From Planktothrix sp. GU0601_MAG3 (GTDB lineage: Bacteria; Cyanobacteriota; Cyanobacteriia; Cyanobacteriales; Microcoleaceae), in NCBI GenBank assembly GCA_035193785.1, contig CP136572.1:1376001-1440000 (forward strand): a stretch of 64,000 bases of DNA, given 5' to 3'. Of the stretch, positions 60,273 to 64,000 are shown in pieces. Under the pieces are notes generated by a model that was not told the origin of the DNA, made no database searches, and saw only the letters and a list, made by a program, of their open reading frames with translations. The stretch's first letter is position 1. The number at the start of each line of letters is the position of its first letter. Position numbers and translations under genes: made by a program.

Positions 60273-60770
60273 ATGATTTGTCATTTAATGGTCGGTATTC
60301 CAGGTTCGGGAAAGTCAACAGTTGCTCAACAGCTTGCGGATCTCACCCAGGGTTTAATTATTTCTACGGATCGGATTCGATCACAACTTTATGGGGATGA
60401 AATTATTCAGGGTAATTGGTTAGAAATTGAACAAAAAGTATTACAGGAAATGGAACAGGCGATCGCATTTTCTCAACCAATTATTTATGATGCGACTAAT
60501 ACTTATCGACCTTGGCGAATCGATATATTAGAAAAATCTGCTTTGATTTCTCCAGAAATTCCTCGATCTTGGATAGCTTGGGTATTAGAAACCCCCATGG
60601 AAATTTGCAAACTGCGGAATCAAAATCGCCAACGTCAAGTTCCTGAATCTGTAATTGAACAAATGGGAAAAGCGATCGCAAAATTTCCACCCACTACCTC
60701 AGAAGGATTTATCAAAGTTTATAGTTTAAAACCCGATTATTCTGAATTAAAAACTCGGCTTGAGTTTTAA
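60273..60770 (+). CDS. AAA_33/polynucleotide-kinase-like P-loop protein
   Basis: GIPGSGKST, ISTDRIR, YDATN, RN..R.R.VPE.VI. Confidence 0.8.
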   Translation: MICHLMVGIPGSGKSTVAQQLADLTQGLIISTDRIRSQLYGDEIIQGNWLEIEQKVLQEMEQAIAFSQPIIYDATNTYRPWRIDILEKSALISPEIPRSWIAWVLETPMEICKLRNQNRQRQVPESVIEQMGKAIAKFPPTTSEGFIKVYSLKPDYSELKTRLEF

Positions 60771-60783
60771 TAGTTAAAACTCC

Positions 60784-63700
60784 CTAAAATCTCGTTTCAT
60801 ACTCAAACCTAACTTCACTTTCATTCCTAAAATTCGTAACTCCCCGTAATAATATATTATCATTGAGACGATAATTAATATTAAATTGAAACGGTTGATC
60901 GGCGGCTAAAACTCGACTTAAAGACACATAAGCATTATCAGTTACATCTAAACCCACTTCAATTCCCACTCCTAAAGCGGAAGCTGTGCCCTTAGAACCG
61001 CGTTCGGCTACCCGTGAGGGATAAATCCTAAATTCTGTTAATCCCGTGGCGTTAATCACATTCTGTTGGAGTTTACCAAATAATCCGGTGCTGGCAATAT
61101 TTGCTAATACTAATGTACTGTCATCTTGGATTCCTTGAATCACACTTCCCCCTAATAAAGCTACTAATTCATTTTGAGAACGGGAAGGAGAACTTTGTAA
61201 CTTAATAATATCATTAATTTCTGAGGCGGGGCCACGAACAATTGCATTAATTCTGATGGTTCGGACGGTTTCCAAACCGAGAAGGACTTAAGGCTTCAGT
61301 TTGTTCCGCCGGAAAAGCCGAAGGCGGAGAAACAAACCTTAATGTTTCAGGAACACGGGTAACTAAACGCACATCTAAAATCGGATCTAAACCCTCCGAA
61401 GGAACAAATATTGCCCGTTGGGGATAGCCTCGATCTAACCTTAATTGACTGGTATAAAGATTCACCTGTCCCCCGGTTAAATCAATGGTTCCTTGGGGAC
61501 GAATATCATTAATATTGGCTAAACTTCCATTTAATTCAATCGTTCCTTGGGCATTAAAATTAATTAAAGGTGCATTTAAAATCGGGGTAGTCATAACTTG
61601 AATATTGTCGCCTAAAGTCAGTCTTAATCTGTTCAAACTGACATCCACAGGCGGTTGAGTTGTATCCGTAGTATCGGTGGGTAATTTAGCGGTTTCTTCC
61701 GAAGGTAAGGTAACTTTTCCCTGACTTAATATGACTTCCCCTCCTAATTTTGGTTTTAATAATGTTCCGGTAAAAAGAATAGCACCATCGGCATTTCCTT
61801 TGTAGATTTCGGGTAAATTAAGCGTTAGTTTTTCTAGGTCTAATTGTAGAGGAGTTCCCAGATCAGGGTCATTTTCACCAAAGGGACGAGACACGGGTAA
61901 AACCCCACTTAATCGGATATGTCCGGTTCCTTTATCTCCTTGTAAATCTCCCTCAATATCTTTTACTTGAATGCGATCGCCGATAAAAATAGCCGTCCCA
62001 CTTAATCCAATAATAGACTGTTCTAAACTGCGAGCGGTTAAAACTGCATCTTGAATTTTAAATAATCCTTCTGGTTTCAGATCGAGTTTAATTCCTCCGG
62101 TTTCTGGTTGTTGCAAACTCCCACTAATTCTTAATTGAACTAATCCTTTTCCTTCCTGCCAATTTAACTCAGGATTGAGCAAATTGATCACCGCTAATCC
62201 TTGATCTTTGATATCAACTCGGACATCCACCACATCACTTTCTGCGGAAACCGTGGCAAAGGGTAATTGAAAGGGTAAAGTCCCTCTAAAATTAATTGGA
62301 TCGGTTTCGGTAACTAATAAACTTCCACCAAATCTTAGTCGAGAATTATTATAACTAAAACTGCTTTGCGCTTCTTGAAACTGGTTCATCATTAACCGTT
62401 GCTTCTAATAGGGTTAATTCCCCCGATGATTGGGGATTCTCTAAAGTTCCTGCAATACTCGCCCGAATATTCAATTGTCCGGTTAAATCCACATTTGGCA
62501 AATCGACAATTTTTTCAATTTCTTCTAAGCGGATATTTTTCCCTCGAAACTGACCTGATGTTTGTTGATTGGCTAAATTCAACTGTCCGCGAAAATCATA
62601 TAATGCCGATCCTGCACGCAATTGGATGGGTTCAACTCGCACCACATTATCGGCAAAATTCGCTTCTAATAAAAACTGATCGGCGGTATATTTCCCATAA
62701 TTCCAATCTTGACCTTTGATGGTTGCTGCTGCATTAATTCCCCCTGGAATTGAACCTTGAAATGCCATTTCTCCGGTAAATTTTCCATCTAAATCGCGTA
62801 AAGGAGGTAAGGGCTCCGCCGCGATTTCTGCCAGGGATTGTTGTAGGATTCGTCTAATTTCTTCTAGGCGTTGTAACTGTTCAAATAAAGTTGCTGTGGG
62901 GGGTAAACCGACGGGAACAGGCTTTACATCGGCGGCTATTCCATAGTTTGGGGGGGTTAATCCTCTGCCCAAATCTGCTAAATTAAAGATTTTTAGGGCG
63001 GTTAAAACGTCCTGTAAACTTCCTTGAGGGATTTTAACTGTACCTTCAAATTGATTAGATACGGTGGATAAATCCTGGGTTTGGGGTGTGGAAAGACTGG
63101 CTAAAATTTCAGTAATATTAGCTTGACCTTGAATAAAAATCTGAGTCATTCCTTTGCTCAGTTCAGCATTGATTAACTTAGCAATCCCATTTTGATAACT
63201 AAAATTTCCCGAAAATAAATCGGTTTCAATATAACCTAAAATTGGCTTCCGAACCGCAATATTTCCGATTACTCCTATTTTATTAATATCAAAACTAGCT
63301 AAATTAGATACGGTTAATTTTCCCGATGCTATGCCTTTTAATAGTCCAATATCTAATTCAGCTAAGGGAGATAAACTTAAGGTTTGTAGGGGAAAGTCGT
63401 CTAAATTAATCTCTAAATTATTCCCTTGAGAATTTCCGACCAATTGGCTATTATTCCGTGTTACTAAAAAGGAAGTCGGTAAATATTGATTATCTAGGGC
63501 TAATTCTATTTTATCCCGTTCTCCTGCGAGGGCAATATTAACCTTTTGATTCGGAATAATATTCACAGTTCCTGCTAGAATAGGTTCAAAGGTGACATCT
63601 CGAACTGCAAAGTTATTTAGACTTAAATCTCCGTTTAGATTTAAAGCAGAAATAGTTCCCGTCAACTTACCATTAAAATTAACAATTCCCGCTACCAAAG

Positions 63701-64000
63701 GACTATCTCCGGTTCTAATTTCTAAGGGTAAAGCCGTTAATAAATTTTGCACTAAGGGGGATTGTAAATCAAAATTATCAGCCCGAACATTCAGGTTTAA
63801 ATTAGATAATTGGGGCGTACCATTGCCTTTAAATTCAACTCCAATTAAGCCATCGGTTGAGAATCCTTGAGTTTCAGCTTTTTTAATATTAATTTCCCGA
63901 CCATTCCAACTAGCAATGGCTTCAAAAGGTTGTTTAATAATCGGTAATTCCGTGAGTCGTAATTGACCTAATGCCTGTATAGTATTAGGATTAAAATTAT
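60784..64000 (-). CDS. tamB: TamB/DUF490 translocation and assembly module protein, 5' end outside window; +1 frameshifts at 62377-62381 and 61268-61272
   Basis: Long beta-rich repeats; LDP.LD, L.SSP.RS..E.VALLGG, C-terminal EYETRF. Confidence 0.85.

Overview
Chromosomal window of a filamentous cyanobacterium: HIP1 octamers (GCGATCGC), STRR heptamer repeats, a gas-vesicle gene, and a 16S sequence that looks Planktothrix-like (from memory, not searched). It carries an rRNA operon (16S-tRNAIle-tRNAAla-23S) that ends in a terminator with no 5S gene, and a tRNA-Arg(CCU) split by a 244-nt group I intron. Housekeeping genes include ygfZ, fur/zur, slt, NTRC-type trxB, upp, cobQ, a group 2 sigma factor, ribBA, glcEF, hisIE, hemL and tamB. 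There is also an XPB-like helicase/DUF790 pair and a LamG-repeat-DUF2235 protein. A variable island at ~54.9-60.3 kb is packed with toxin-antitoxin modules, xisHI, a cold-shock-domain protein and two integron-type attC-like sites. Almost every split gene (26 clear splits plus one probable) is repaired by deleting one base from GAAAC/GTTTC to restore GAAC/GTTC. These breaks are therefore most likely a motif-specific sequencing error, possibly the footprint of a DNA modification such as GpsAAC/GpsTTC phosphorothioation, and not real pseudogenes. All calls come from reading the sequence; no searches were run.
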